A stretch of 64,000 nucleotides of DNA from an uncultured Hormoscilla sp. (GCA_963921275.4 OZ001293.3:5440001-5504000); one strand, 5' to 3'. Counted from the first letter of the stretch, positions 33,321 to 43,853 are shown. Program-made: numbers and translations. The notes: a model not told the origin generated them from the letters alone.

Positions 33321-33385
33321 AAACCCAACCTACAGTTGCGCTTTTTATCGCAAGCATAATTGATAATTCTTAACAATATCACTCT

Positions 33386-33866
33386 TCATTTGCCAGCGGT
33401 TAAAGTAACAAGGATGCCTAACAACTCATCTACAGGAGTTAGATAGCGCTCGTTCAAGTCTACCATAGCCTTCAGATCGTTTCTCAGAGCCAAGAATCGC
33501 CTGTCCTGTTTCGCCGACACCACCGCAACCATTGGAGCTTTAATCGTCAGCTTATCTGGGTTATCTGTCAGCATGAAGTCAAAATCTCCAGTCAGTAGTT
33601 GAGTCGACGTTAAAGTTTCTACCAGAAAATAGACTGAGTCTAGAGTCGAGCGCGGTAACTTCGCTCAAAATAGGAGCAATCAAATATTCAGAGCGAGCTT
33701 TTTCTGTGTTAATAGCCGTCGCCAGTGGGACGAAGCGTCTCAGAGCTTCCTTAAGAAAGTCACTCGGGGGAATAGGTTTTGCTTTTATTAACTCAGAAAC
33801 AGTCTCTATAGTATCAATCCCTAAAGAAGCAAGTTGTTCTAGAGAGGTAAATTCGCTGTAGTACAT
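33386..33866 (-). pseudogene. Conserved cyanobacterial hypothetical protein, frameshifted and internally deleted
   Basis: YSEFT...INTEKARSEYLIAPILSEV...SLFSG; continuation in another frame. Confidence 0.55.
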
Positions 33867-34073
33867 CTGCCATTCTCCTTAGCAAGGATTACCTATTACT
33901 TAATTTTTCACTGTTTTGAGAGTAGAGGGCGATCCTGCTGCGTAGTCGCTGCCCGATCGCACCCTCCATCCATCACAAATACCCTACACGACCCACCATT
34001 TCTTCTGAACTGTATACTTCATAAATCAAAACTAGACCTTTGATAATCTCACCAATCGAACGAGTCTTCTGTT

Positions 34074-36238
34074 ATTAAACTAAGCCAGTACGTCACCGTA
34101 CCGACTCGTCTTCAAAACCGGACGTGAGACTTTCACCTCATCCGGCTCCTCAGTTTCGTCATCCTTGTCATGGATACGGCCTTTGCTGCCATCCCTGGCA
34201 GATTTATAATCATGGCAGTAGTCGTGCAGCAACTGTAGGTTGGAGTACCAGTCCTTACCTCCCAGTGAGGTTGGCAGGATGTGGTCCACTTCCCATTTGT
34301 CGCCGTCCTTAAACGTTAGTCCGCAATGCTGGCACTTGCCATCCTGCCTCTTGAGCAGGTTAATCACTCTCATGCTTACGTCCGGGCTCTTTCGTAATCT
34401 CTGGCTTACTTACCACCGTCTTGAAGTAGTTGCTCCATCCCCTTATCATTGGGTTTAGTTTGACTATCAAGGCTGTCTGTGGTGCCGATTTATGGCGGCG
34501 AACTATCTGTGATAGTTGCTCTTTATGATTCCTAATGGATTTATCGCTAGGCTTGATTAGGGTCTTGAATCCTAGGGGGGTTCCGTTGCTGAGTTTGCCG
34601 CTTCTGTGTTTCCCTACTTTGTATTGTCGGATATTGAACCCTAGGAAGTCAAATCCGGGGTTTTCTCCTTCCAGTGTGTGGGATATCTGGTTTTCTCGGC
34701 TTTTAGCTCTAGTCCTATTCCCTTCAACCACTCCTCAATCACTCCTTGTGCTCGCTCAATCATTGACCGGTCATCGTGCATTACCACAAAATCATCGGCG
34801 TACCTGACTATCGTTAGTTTCTTTTCCTCTCTCTTTGTGCGGGCAAGACTCATCACTACCTTTTCCAACCCATGTAGGGCTATATTGGCTAGCAATGGTG
34901 ATATTACTCCGCCTTGAGGAGTTCCGGCTTCTGTGTCCTGCCATATTCCCTGGTCCATCACCCCGGCTTTTAGCCATGCCCGTATCTGTCTACGGATTGG
35001 TGATGTTGTATTCAATTTCTCTAGGAGCGCTGAGTGGTCAATTTTGTCGAAACATTTCGTAATATCCGCATCTAACACCCATTTTGGTTTCTTGTTGGTG
35101 CTGGTGAATATCGTTTCGATCGCATCGTGGCATCCCCTTCCTGGTCTGAATCCGTAGGAATTGGCTTCCATGTACGCTTCCCATTCGGGCTCAAGCGACT
35201 GTTTGACCAATCCCTGAAGTGCGCGGTCGTGCATCGTCGGTCTTCCTAGTGGCCGCTTTTCGTCCCTTCCTGGCTTAGGTATCCATACACGCAGTGTAGG
35301 TTTCGCCTTTGCCTTCCTGAATACTCTGAGCTGACTTACCAGTTCCAGTCGCTGCTCCATAGTCAGTGCTTTCACACCATCCACACCAGCCGCATTCTTT
35401 CCTTGGTTTTGTTGTGTTACCTGTCTCACCGCTATCATCTTCGTGGACCATGACCTATTTAGTAACCCTTGGAGCTTGCGAACTTTCCGCTTGTTGCCTT
35501 CCTGTGCCGCTCTGTAAATTCGCTTTTGTAGCTTGAAGACATGGCTGGCGCCACGCTAGCGCGATCGGCGCTCCAGCTCCTGCCAGGGCACCTCCTTCCA
35601 TTCATACTCTTGCTTTTCGGCTAAGTTCCGTGACATATTAACTACTACTCACAACTTCACAATTGACAAAACCGTGAGGGCGTCAGCTTATCCCATCCAT
35701 TACAGATAGGCGTTTGCTTCTCCACTCAATCTTTCCCAGCTATGACCTGCCAAATGAGAGCAGATGTTGCGTCTTTGGTGACTACTCCATCTATCGACCG
35801 GTGATGGAGAGTGCCTAGCTGGGTTACTTCGTTCCTACAGATGATTAATCGTAGTTTTAGATGGATTCTATATGCCGGGTTTGTTGTCAGTGCTTATTAG
35901 TCGGATTACAACCGCTAATGACCATTATCCTTTCCCTTTTGGGCCAGTGTCTCAGCCTTATTACACTGGTTGATGTTGACGACACTTATGAACCTTTGCT
36001 TGCGCTCATCATGACTACTTGCTCGACGATGACCGGTTTAGGCTACCAGTTAGAGCGCCTTTCCTTCCCGCTTTACGGATTGATGCCATCGCTACCGTTG
36101 GGAGGATGCTGTCACGAGAGCACCTGGAGGGGTGGGCTTTCACCACCATCATCTGTAAGTTGTCAGGGCTATTGAAACCCTGCTAGCGGTCCCATTTATT
36201 GACACGTGTCAAGTCATTTTACTCTAAACGAATCGCAC
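34074..36238 (-). mobile_element. Group II intron (IIB/chloroplast-like) with a disrupted RT-maturase-HNH ORF
   Basis: GTGCGATTCG start, GAGCCGGATG D5, AGTTTAAT end, EBS1 TGTAAT pairs with exon ATTGCA; YADD present. Confidence 0.93.
34080..35636 (-). pseudogene. ltrA: Intron-encoded reverse transcriptase/maturase, inactivated
   Basis: 24-bp insertion with TAG at 35544-35567, frameshift near 34690, roughly 260-bp deletion near 34405 relative to the paralogue at 38921-40699. Confidence 0.88.
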
Positions 36239-36509
36239 TGCAATAGACAATCCCGGGATGCTCCCTGGTCCGACTGGTAATGACTAAAAAATCCCTGTCT
36301 TGAGTAAAAATTACGCGACCCTCTTGACTGATATAGGCTAATTGGAGTTCGTCGCTTGCGCAATCGAGCCTCAACAGTAGTTGTTACATCAATGCCACGA
36401 CGGCGCAACTGAAGTGCAATTTCAGGAGCTACGTGTTCGTCCAAATGAAACCTGATTTTTTCACTCACCTAGAATTGCCCTCCACTTTTCTTGAAAACGG
36501 GATGGAGGA

Positions 36510-36869
36510 CTATTCCGTCTCATTTCTTCTACCAAGGCTTCGCTTTCTGCGGTGCGACGATCGATCCCGATGGTCGTAATAGTAGGCCATCGCTGCATGA
36601 ACTGATGCTATAGATAGATCGTACTCAGCCGCAATTTCTTCTAGAGATTCTCCCATCTCCAGATACATTTCCGCAATAGCCGCCACATACATTCTCCTGT
36701 TGATAATGCGCGGCTTCCCAAAACAATAGTCCGGATGAATGGCAATGTGTTCTTTACTTACCCGTTCCCTGTCATCCCCGATCGCATAACTTTTCCCTGG
36801 TTCCAGTTCCAGTGGTTCGGACGATCGCAGAACTTCACTGTCAAATACAGCCGTTGCGATTTTGCTCAT
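36510..36869 (-). CDS. DUF104-like/DUF433 antitoxin, C-terminus probably frameshifted
   Basis: AVFDSEVLR..EPLELEPG then HIAIHPDYCFGKPRI...VHAAMAYYYD. Confidence 0.65.
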   Translation of the reverse strand: MSKIATAVFDSEVLRSSEPLELEPGKSYAIGDDRERVSKEHIAIHPDYCFGKPRIINRRMYVAAIAEMYLEMGESLEEIAAEYDLSIASVHAAMAYYYDHRDRSSHRRKRSLGRRNETE

Positions 36870-36880
36870 AGTTACTTATC

Positions 36881-37849
36881 TCATTTATCGTATTGTTCGT
36901 AAGCGGCCACGAGCCGCTGCACGAGAGGATGGCGCACCACATCCACCTGAGTCAGCTTACAAAAAGCAATTCCTTCGACATGTTGCAGGATTTTCTGCGC
37001 TAATCCCAATCCTGACATCTGGTTCCCTGGCAAATCAGTCTGAGTGATATCGCCCATTACCACCATTTTAGAACGAAAACCCAGCCTTGTCAGCACCATT
37101 TTCATCTGAGCGGGCGTAGTATTCTGAGCTTCGTCTACAATGATAAAAGAATTATTCAAACTGCGACCCCGCATATAGGCCAGGGGCGCAACTTCTATCA
37201 CCCCTCGTTCCATCAAATTCGCTACTTTTTCTGGCTCGATAAATTCATACAAAGCGTCGTATAGGGGACGCAAGAAAGGATTTACTTTCTGCTGCATGTC
37301 CCCAGGGAGGAAGCCGAGTTTTTCCCCAGCTTCCACGGCGGGACGAGTCAGAATCAGTCGTTCGTACTGATTATCTAGCAATGCTTGGATGGCCAGCACA
37401 GCTGCTAAATAGGTTTTCCCCGTTCCCGCCGGACCAATGCAAAAAGTCATGTCTTGGGTGCGGACTGCTTCTGCGTACCGCTTTTGAGCAAAGGTTTTGG
37501 CGCGAATCTCTTCCCCCCGACGGGTACGCGCCAAGACATTTTTCTTCAGGTCTTGATGTTCCTCTTGGCGTCCCGTATCTAAGGCGTGACGCGCTGTCAG
37601 GATATCCGCCCCAGAAATCATCTTACCTTTGCTCCAGAAATCCGCAAGCGCTCCCACCAACTGGGAGCAGATTTCCACCTGTTTGGCCGTTCCCGAAATC
37701 ACCAAATCCTGTCCCCGCAGCACCAGCTGCGCCCCCGTTTGCCTCATCAGGGTTTTGAGATTTTCTTCTCCATACCCCCCCAGAGCGATCGCGCTATCGG
37801 GACTATTCAGCTCAATTATTGCTCGTTCATCATTGTCTGTATTCATCAC
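36881..37849 (-). CDS. phoH: PhoH family ATPase
   Basis: GPAGTGKT, RPAVEAGEKLGFLPGD, YMRGR, DEAQN. Confidence 0.95.
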   Translation of the reverse strand: MMNTDNDERAIIELNSPDSAIALGGYGEENLKTLMRQTGAQLVLRGQDLVISGTAKQVEICSQLVGALADFWSKGKMISGADILTARHALDTGRQEEHQDLKKNVLARTRRGEEIRAKTFAQKRYAEAVRTQDMTFCIGPAGTGKTYLAAVLAIQALLDNQYERLILTRPAVEAGEKLGFLPGDMQQKVNPFLRPLYDALYEFIEPEKVANLMERGVIEVAPLAYMRGRSLNNSFIIVDEAQNTTPAQMKMVLTRLGFRSKMVVMGDITQTDLPGNQMSGLGLAQKILQHVEGIAFCKLTQVDVVRHPLVQRLVAAYEQYDK

Positions 37850-37858
37850 CCTGATGGA

Positions 37859-38251
37859 CTAATCCGGGGACTGGGACTTGCGAGAAGGCTTAAGAATTGG
37901 CGAACCACGACCTTGATGTTTGGCAACCGTTCTACCTTTGGGCATAATTGGCCCTGCCGAACCATTATTTTCCTCAGCTTCCTTAAAGCCACCGTACACA
38001 TCCAGGTATAAAGAATGACCTGCTGCTCGGGCCGCAGCGGTCAGCACCTTGTTAATTGCCTGCAGATTGCGTCCGCCTCTGCCATAGACTCGTCCTTTAT
38101 CAGCGACATCAAAAGCCAGACGAATCCAAACTCGCTGTCTACTCGATGATTTTTCGCAATCCACCGATAATGCCTCTGGTGACTCTAGAAAGGGTTCCAC
38201 TAAAAACTGGACGAGTCCGGCGTAGTCTGGACCTGGCGACTGGGAAGCCAT
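37859..38251 (-). CDS. khpA: KH domain RNA-binding protein
   Basis: DKGRVYGRGGRNLQAI; directly downstream of rpsP. Confidence 0.85.
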   Translation of the reverse strand: MASQSPGPDYAGLVQFLVEPFLESPEALSVDCEKSSSRQRVWIRLAFDVADKGRVYGRGGRNLQAINKVLTAAARAAGHSLYLDVYGGFKEAEENNGSAGPIMPKGRTVAKHQGRGSPILKPSRKSQSPD

Positions 38252-38255
38252 TTTC

Positions 38256-38519
38256 TTATCCTTCGGCGGTAGTGGCTTTGACTTGTTCGAATACATGGGC
38301 TTTTTCCAGGATGCGACGGACAGTATCGGTTGGTTGAGCGCCTTGCTTGACACGCTTCACCAGTCCGGGGACATTTAGCCTGGTTTCGTCAGTTCTGGGA
38401 TTGTAGAAGCCCAGTTCTTCTAGGGGACGCCCGTCCCGCCTGGCCCGAGAGTCGATCGCCACTATCCGGTAACTGGCTTCCCGCTTTTTGCCGTATCGCT
38501 TTAATCGGAGCTTGATCAT
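38256..38519 (-). CDS. rpsP: 30S ribosomal protein S16
   Basis: [12 protein letters not shown]...[15 protein letters not shown]. Confidence 0.97.
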   Translation of the reverse strand: MIKLRLKRYGKKREASYRIVAIDSRARRDGRPLEELGFYNPRTDETRLNVPGLVKRVKQGAQPTDTVRRILEKAHVFEQVKATTAEG

Positions 38520-38615
38520 GTTCGTGCTTTGCTGATGAAAAGACCTTGAATTAATTATTCTACCATTTCTGGTGCAGCTATACTGCGAAGGGTCCCTTTG
38601 TTCTTAGGGCCATAT

Positions 38616-38913
38616 GTCATTGCGAGGCAAGTATCACTTGACATAGCGCGATCATATATCATATCACGCATGTCAAGTGATACTTGGGGGGGAGCTAAAT
38701 TTCGATATCCTTGTAAGTTAAGAGTAACACCCCCTGACCTTCGCAGCGGCAGATTGCTTCGTGCCTCGCAACAAGCTCCGGAGGGCTAGCAATCTCCCGA
38801 GCGCTGAGCCTTTGATTGCTAGCGATCCTGCCGTCGCGCCGCTGCGCTAACGGGGGGGTCAAAAGTTGAAGCATACCACAGTTACGGTTTTGGGAGCTCC
38901 CCCTCGCAATGGC
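38616..38913. repeat. Composite palindromic repeat (GTCATTGCGAGG...CCTCGCAATG)
   Basis: Terminal inverted repeats and internal AGATTGCTTC/GCAATCT; relatives at 50349-50512 and 61022-61240. Confidence 0.75.
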
Positions 38914-38914
38914 A

Positions 38915-41304
38915 ATTAAACTAAGCCAGTCCGTCACCGGACCGACTCGTCTTCAGAACCGGACGTGAGACTTTCACCTCATCCGGCTCCTCGGCAACAT
39001 CACCCTTGTCATGGGTACGGCTGTTTTTGCTGCCATCGTTGACAGTCTTTGAGTCGTGGCAATGCTTGTGCAGTAATTGTAGGTTGTCATACCGGTCCTT
39101 ACCTCCTAATGAAAGGGGCTTGATCTGGTCAACTTCCCATTTGTCACTGTCCTTGAATGTTAGTCCGCAGTGTTGGCATTTTCCTTTTTGCTTCTTAAGT
39201 AGCGTTGCTACCCTCTTACTCAATTCGGGGTTTTTGCCTAACCTTGTACTCCAATATGTAAGGTTCCCGTCATATGGGCTTGCTATTCCTTTCACTTTTA
39301 CGTGTCTGACTATCTCAGTTTCGGAGTGTTTGCGCAGCGTTATCTCTCCCTCTCCTGTCTTACATTGGAATCGCCATTTACCATCCTGGTTTACGGACCA
39401 GTACTTACGGGCTATCCAATGACTTGACTTATTAGGGTGCCTCCTTTTGGCCCATTGCCATAGGATGTTCCATAGGTAGTTGTCCATGTCGGCGTAAGTT
39501 TCCTTACTTACCACTGTCCTGAAGTAGTTGGACCATCCCCGTATTGCCGGGTTTAGCTTGCTAATCAGGGCTGCTTGTCGTGCCGTTTTATGGCTGGTTA
39601 CGATTTGCGCTAACCGTTCTTTATGCTTCCCTATGGATTTCTTGCTGGGCTTGATTAAGGTTTTGAAGCCTAGGGGGGTTCCGTTCGACTGTTTGCCGCA
39701 TTTGTGTTTTCCCACTTTGTACTGTCGGATGTTGAATCCTAGGAAGTCAAATCCTGGTTCCTCACCTTCCAGTGTGTGGGCTATTCTTGTCTTTTCGGCT
39801 TTTAGCTCTAGTCCCACTCCCTTTAACCACTCAGCTATTGTCGTTTGCGCCCTTTCTATTACATCCTTGTCGTCGTGCATTACAACAAAGTCGTCGGCAT
39901 ATCTGACTACTGTCAGTTTTTCCTTCTCTCTTTTTGTTTTGGTAAGTTTCATTACTGTTTCCTCAAGTCCATGTAGGGCTATGTTGGCCAGTAATGGTGA
40001 TATGACTCCCCCTTGGGGTGTCCCTGCCTCAGTTGTATGCCATGCACCGTTGTCCATCACCCCGGCTTTTAACCATGCCCGTATCTGTTTACGGATTGGT
40101 GATGTCGTATTCAGTTTTCTTAGTAGCGCTGAGTGGTCAATTTTATCGAAGCATTTGGCAATGTCAGCATCTAGTACCCATTTGGGTTTTTGTTTGATGC
40201 TGTTGAATATTGCCGCAATTGCGTCGTGGCATCCCCTTCCCGGTCGGAAGCCGTAGGAGTTCCCTTCCATATGTGCCTCCCATTTGGGTTCGAGCGCAAT
40301 CTTCAGGAGCCCTTGTGTTGCGCGGTCGTACATCGTTGGTATGCCTAATGGGCGTTTTTCATCCCTTCCAGGCTTTGGTATCCATACACGTCGTGTAGGT
40401 TTGGCCTTGTCTGAGATTTCGATTTGTCCTACCAGTTCTAGACGTTGTTCTGGGGTTAATGCTTTCACACCATCCACTCCTGCCGTCTTCTTGCCCTGGT
40501 TATCTTGCGTTACCTGTCGTACCGCTAGCGTTTTGGCAGCCCGGGATTTAACCAGTAACCTTTGGAGCCTGCGAACCATCCGCTCATTACCTTCCAGTGC
40601 CGCTCTGTAAATTCGTTTTTGCAGCTTGTAGACCACCCGTTCTAGCTTCCGCCAGGGGGTGTCCTTCCATTCATTCATCGGTCTTTCGATCGTGCTCATG
40701 ACATATTCACTGCTACTTGCAACTTCACAATTGACGTTACCGTGAGGGCGTCAGCGTATCCTACCCGTTACGGTAGGTGTTTGCTTTTCCACTCAATCTC
40801 TCCCAGATATGACCTGCTTGATGGAAGCAGAGGTTGCGCCTGTGGTGGCTACTCTACCTATCGACCGGTGGTAGAGAGTGCATATCTGGTTTACTTCGTT
40901 CCTACAGATGATTGGTTGTAGTTTTAGATGGGTTCTATATGCCGGGTTTATGGTCAGTGCTTATTGGTCGGGAGACGGCCGCCAATGACCTGTATCCTTT
41001 CCCTTTTGGGCCAGCGTATAAGCCTTATTCCGCTGGTTAATGGTAACGACATCTATAAACCTTCGCTTTCGCTCATCATGACTACTTGCTTGGCGATGAC
41101 CGGTTTAGGCTACCAGTTAGAGCGCCTTTCCTTCCCGCTTCATGGATTGATGCCATCGCTACCGTGGGGAGGGTGCTGTCACGAGAGCACCTGGAGGGGT
41201 GGGCTTTCACCACCATCATCTGTAAGTTGTCAGGGCTAATAAACCCTGCCAGCGGTCCCCATTCTTGACCCGTGTCAAGTCGGTTTACGCTAAACGAATC
41301 GCAC
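38915..41304 (-). mobile_element. Full-length group II intron (IIB/chloroplast-like) with intact ORF
   Basis: GTGCGATTCG start, canonical D5/D6, AGTTTAAT end; EBS1 CGTCTC versus exon AAGACG (5 of 6 pairs). Confidence 0.95.
38921..40699 (-). CDS. ltrA: Group II intron reverse transcriptase/maturase with HNH endonuclease domain
   Basis: RPLGIP, GTPQGG, RYADD, GFDFLGF, IRGWSNYF, CQHC...NLQLLHKHCH; the first HNH His reads Q (EVDQI). Confidence 0.95.
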   Translation of the reverse strand: MSTIERPMNEWKDTPWRKLERVVYKLQKRIYRAALEGNERMVRRLQRLLVKSRAAKTLAVRQVTQDNQGKKTAGVDGVKALTPEQRLELVGQIEISDKAKPTRRVWIPKPGRDEKRPLGIPTMYDRATQGLLKIALEPKWEAHMEGNSYGFRPGRGCHDAIAAIFNSIKQKPKWVLDADIAKCFDKIDHSALLRKLNTTSPIRKQIRAWLKAGVMDNGAWHTTEAGTPQGGVISPLLANIALHGLEETVMKLTKTKREKEKLTVVRYADDFVVMHDDKDVIERAQTTIAEWLKGVGLELKAEKTRIAHTLEGEEPGFDFLGFNIRQYKVGKHKCGKQSNGTPLGFKTLIKPSKKSIGKHKERLAQIVTSHKTARQAALISKLNPAIRGWSNYFRTVVSKETYADMDNYLWNILWQWAKRRHPNKSSHWIARKYWSVNQDGKWRFQCKTGEGEITLRKHSETEIVRHVKVKGIASPYDGNLTYWSTRLGKNPELSKRVATLLKKQKGKCQHCGLTFKDSDKWEVDQIKPLSLGGKDRYDNLQLLHKHCHDSKTVNDGSKNSRTHDKGDVAEEPDEVKVSRPVLKTSRSGDGLA

Positions 41305-41400
41305 CGTCTTCTCCATTTTGCGCTCGTCGATCCCTTTCAAGGTATATACAGGTGAGCGTCGAGTCTGACAGTGGGCACGGCCCACCCTACTGGCTATAGA

Positions 41401-42855
41401 TTAAAAACTGCCAAAGCCTTTGTTCTTCTTGCTCTTTTTCTTTTTCTTCTTAGGAGTCCCGCCGCTGTAGCCCCGCCATCCCTGCTGGGGCCGTCCGCCC
41501 ATTCCACCTCCGGGCATTCCCCCCATTCCGGGCATTCCGGGCATTCCGGGAAAGCCCCCTCCCATGCTCATTTGCTGCATCATCGATCGCATGCGTTGGA
41601 ACTCACTTACAAGCTTGCTGACATCTGACTCAGAATGACCAGAACCAGAGGCGATCCGGCGTCTGCGGCCTGGAGAACTGGATAATAACTGTGGGTTGCG
41701 GCGTTCTTCTTTGGTCATGGAGTTGATCATCGCCTCCACCTGTTTCAGCCGCACTTCTCCCTGTTCCAGTTGATCGCCAGTCAGCTTATTCATGCCGGGA
41801 ATCAGCTTCATCACATTGCCGAAGGAACCCATATTCTTCAGCAGGCGCATCTGCTTGAGGAAGTCGGTGAAGTCAAACTTGGCCTCTAGAATCTTCTCCT
41901 GCATCTGCATGGCGTCTGCCAAGTCTACTTCTTCTTGGGCCTTTTCTACCAGGGTGAGCACGTCCCCCATGCCCAAGATCCGGGACGCCATGCGATCGGG
42001 ATAGAATGGCTGTAGTGCCTCCACCTTTTCCCCCACACCGACAAACTTGATCGGCTGACCGGAGATCCTGCGCACTGACAAAGCCGCACCACCACGACTA
42101 TCTCCATCCATTTTGGTCAAAATCGCCCCAGTAATGCCAATCTGTTCGTGGAAAGTCTGGGTCAGAGAAGCCGCCTCTTGCCCCGTCATGGCATCTACCA
42201 CTAACAGAGTTTCGTTGGGCTTGACATTTTCCTTTATTTGTGCTAACTCCCCCATCATCTCTTTGTCGATCTGGAGGCGTCCGGCAGTGTCGATAATCAC
42301 AGTATCGATGCCCGTGGCTTGGGCCTGTGCCACCCCTTGACGAGCTATTTCTACCGGGTCTGCATCCGAGCCCATTTCAAACACCGGCACATCGATTTGC
42401 TTTCCCAGGGTCACCAGTTGGTCGATCGCCGCTGGACGATAGACATCTGTAGCCACCAGAAGACAGGTGCGATTCGACTTGTGCAAGTGCAAAGCCAACT
42501 TAGCCGAGGCCGTAGTTTTCCCGGTGCCTTGCAAACCTGCCATGAGTATAATGGTCGGAGGGCTGTCAGCTCGAGCGAGGGGAGCATTAGTTTCTCCCAT
42601 CACCGCTACTAGCTCGTCGTAGACAATTTTGATAAACTGCTGGTCCGGACGAACGCCAGCGATAACTTCCGCCCCCTGGGCTTTAGTTTCGACTTCGGCG
42701 ATAAAATCTTTAACCACTTGCAGGTTAACATCCGCTTCCAGCAGGGCGCGACGGACTTCTCGCAAAGCCTCTTTAATGTTGGTCGCAGATATTTTGTCTT
42801 GTCCCCGGAGTTTTTTCCAGGCATCTTCTAGGCGATCGGCCAGGGCGTCAAACAT
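41401..42855 (-). CDS. ffh: Signal recognition particle protein
   Basis: GLQGTGKTT, DTAGRLQ, TKMDGDSRGG, Met-rich M domain. Confidence 0.97.
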   Translation of the reverse strand: MFDALADRLEDAWKKLRGQDKISATNIKEALREVRRALLEADVNLQVVKDFIAEVETKAQGAEVIAGVRPDQQFIKIVYDELVAVMGETNAPLARADSPPTIILMAGLQGTGKTTASAKLALHLHKSNRTCLLVATDVYRPAAIDQLVTLGKQIDVPVFEMGSDADPVEIARQGVAQAQATGIDTVIIDTAGRLQIDKEMMGELAQIKENVKPNETLLVVDAMTGQEAASLTQTFHEQIGITGAILTKMDGDSRGGAALSVRRISGQPIKFVGVGEKVEALQPFYPDRMASRILGMGDVLTLVEKAQEEVDLADAMQMQEKILEAKFDFTDFLKQMRLLKNMGSFGNVMKLIPGMNKLTGDQLEQGEVRLKQVEAMINSMTKEERRNPQLLSSSPGRRRRIASGSGHSESDVSKLVSEFQRMRSMMQQMSMGGGFPGMPGMPGMGGMPGGGMGGRPQQGWRGYSGGTPKKKKKKSKKNKGFGSF

Positions 42856-42913
42856 AATCGGATATGGCGTACTATTCTTTTGATGTTACCACAAGTCCAT
42901 GAGCTTGCCTGTA

Positions 42914-43540
42914 CTAATCCCACCAAGCTCTGAGGTAATATGGATCCAGGTCTAGTTCGTCTGGATCGCCGACAAATTCCTGGAACTCCACAATCAACTG
43001 ATGGGGGCAACTGCCATTAAATAGAATACCATCAATGCTGACGCGATAATCTCCACGGTCTGGACTAACTGCGTAACCCTCAAAACTGAAATTAAACCCC
43101 TTCGCAGCTTGTTGCTGGCCGAATTCCAGAAATTCCCTAATTGTGGGAGAGTTATTATGTCCTGCTGCTGGGTCGGCAAATCTTTGGGCAATCAGCTGTT
43201 GCAATTTTTCTACACTCAAATTGGTGAAATTCTTGACTCCACCGTAGGTTTCTCCCCATTGAACCGGAGCCCCAAATATCATCCGATCTCTGGTGTCACT
43301 ATAGGTATTGTAGATAAAATTCCGTCTGACCTCTGCTGGCGGATGGTTCCTCTGGGTTCTGCGGTGGTAAGGTCGAGCATTGATTTGCAGTTCTTCCGGT
43401 TTTACTCCTTGATTGAGGTAATAAAGCCTAATTGCCTCCATCCTCAAGAGGGGTGAATTTTCTAAGCATTCGTCCAAGTTGGGGCAGTTATATATTATCC
43501 CCGTCATGGATTTACAGTCAAGTTGCATTGGACAGAACAT
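42914..43540 (-). CDS. Hypothetical protein
   Basis: 208-aa open frame with plausible composition; no family recognised. Confidence 0.55.
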   Translation of the reverse strand: MFCPMQLDCKSMTGIIYNCPNLDECLENSPLLRMEAIRLYYLNQGVKPEELQINARPYHRRTQRNHPPAEVRRNFIYNTYSDTRDRMIFGAPVQWGETYGGVKNFTNLSVEKLQQLIAQRFADPAAGHNNSPTIREFLEFGQQQAAKGFNFSFEGYAVSPDRGDYRVSIDGILFNGSCPHQLIVEFQEFVGDPDELDLDPYYLRAWWD

Positions 43541-43853
43541 TGGATTTTATGTTGATGATAGAATTCAAGGTCGTGACACGGTCATTTCATCGTGCGGGTG
43601 GCTTAGCCGCTAGACCCGTTCTCTGGTCCGCAGCAGGTCGGTCTCTATAATATCATTATATAGGATCTTGTCCTGGGCTGATTATCTCCCCTCTTTACTT
43701 GCTGCCAGCACTGGTTACCCTCTGCCCGATCGGGCTTGGCTCTGGGAAGGTCTAGGTATGGTATAATGCCGCCACTGCTGCCTGACTCTTGGCAGGGGGT
43801 AGATTTTGACAGATCTTTGGTATAATCTAGGGTAAACAAGCACAGATATTCAT

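Larger units (their letters stand above)
33973..36468 (-). pseudogene. DUF5615 PIN-like toxin split by a group II intron (exons 36468-36239 and 34073-33973), with a frameshift near 36355
   Basis: Joined exons read HPGIVYC-K-QKTRSIGEIIKGLVLIYEV, matching the paralogue at 15.6 kb. Confidence 0.8.

Noticed and set aside
35861..36175. Similar ~104-aa ORFs at 35861 and 40928, and ORFs at 47376 and 62981-63242
   Set aside because: Antisense to conserved intron RNA domains; similarity reflects ribozyme conservation
38921..40699. RT as retron, DGR or CRISPR-associated RT
   Set aside because: Has maturase X and HNH domains and lies inside a complete group II intron
41490..41560. 9-bp repeats at the ffh 3' end
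   Set aside because: Encode the ordinary Gly/Met/Pro-rich Ffh tail
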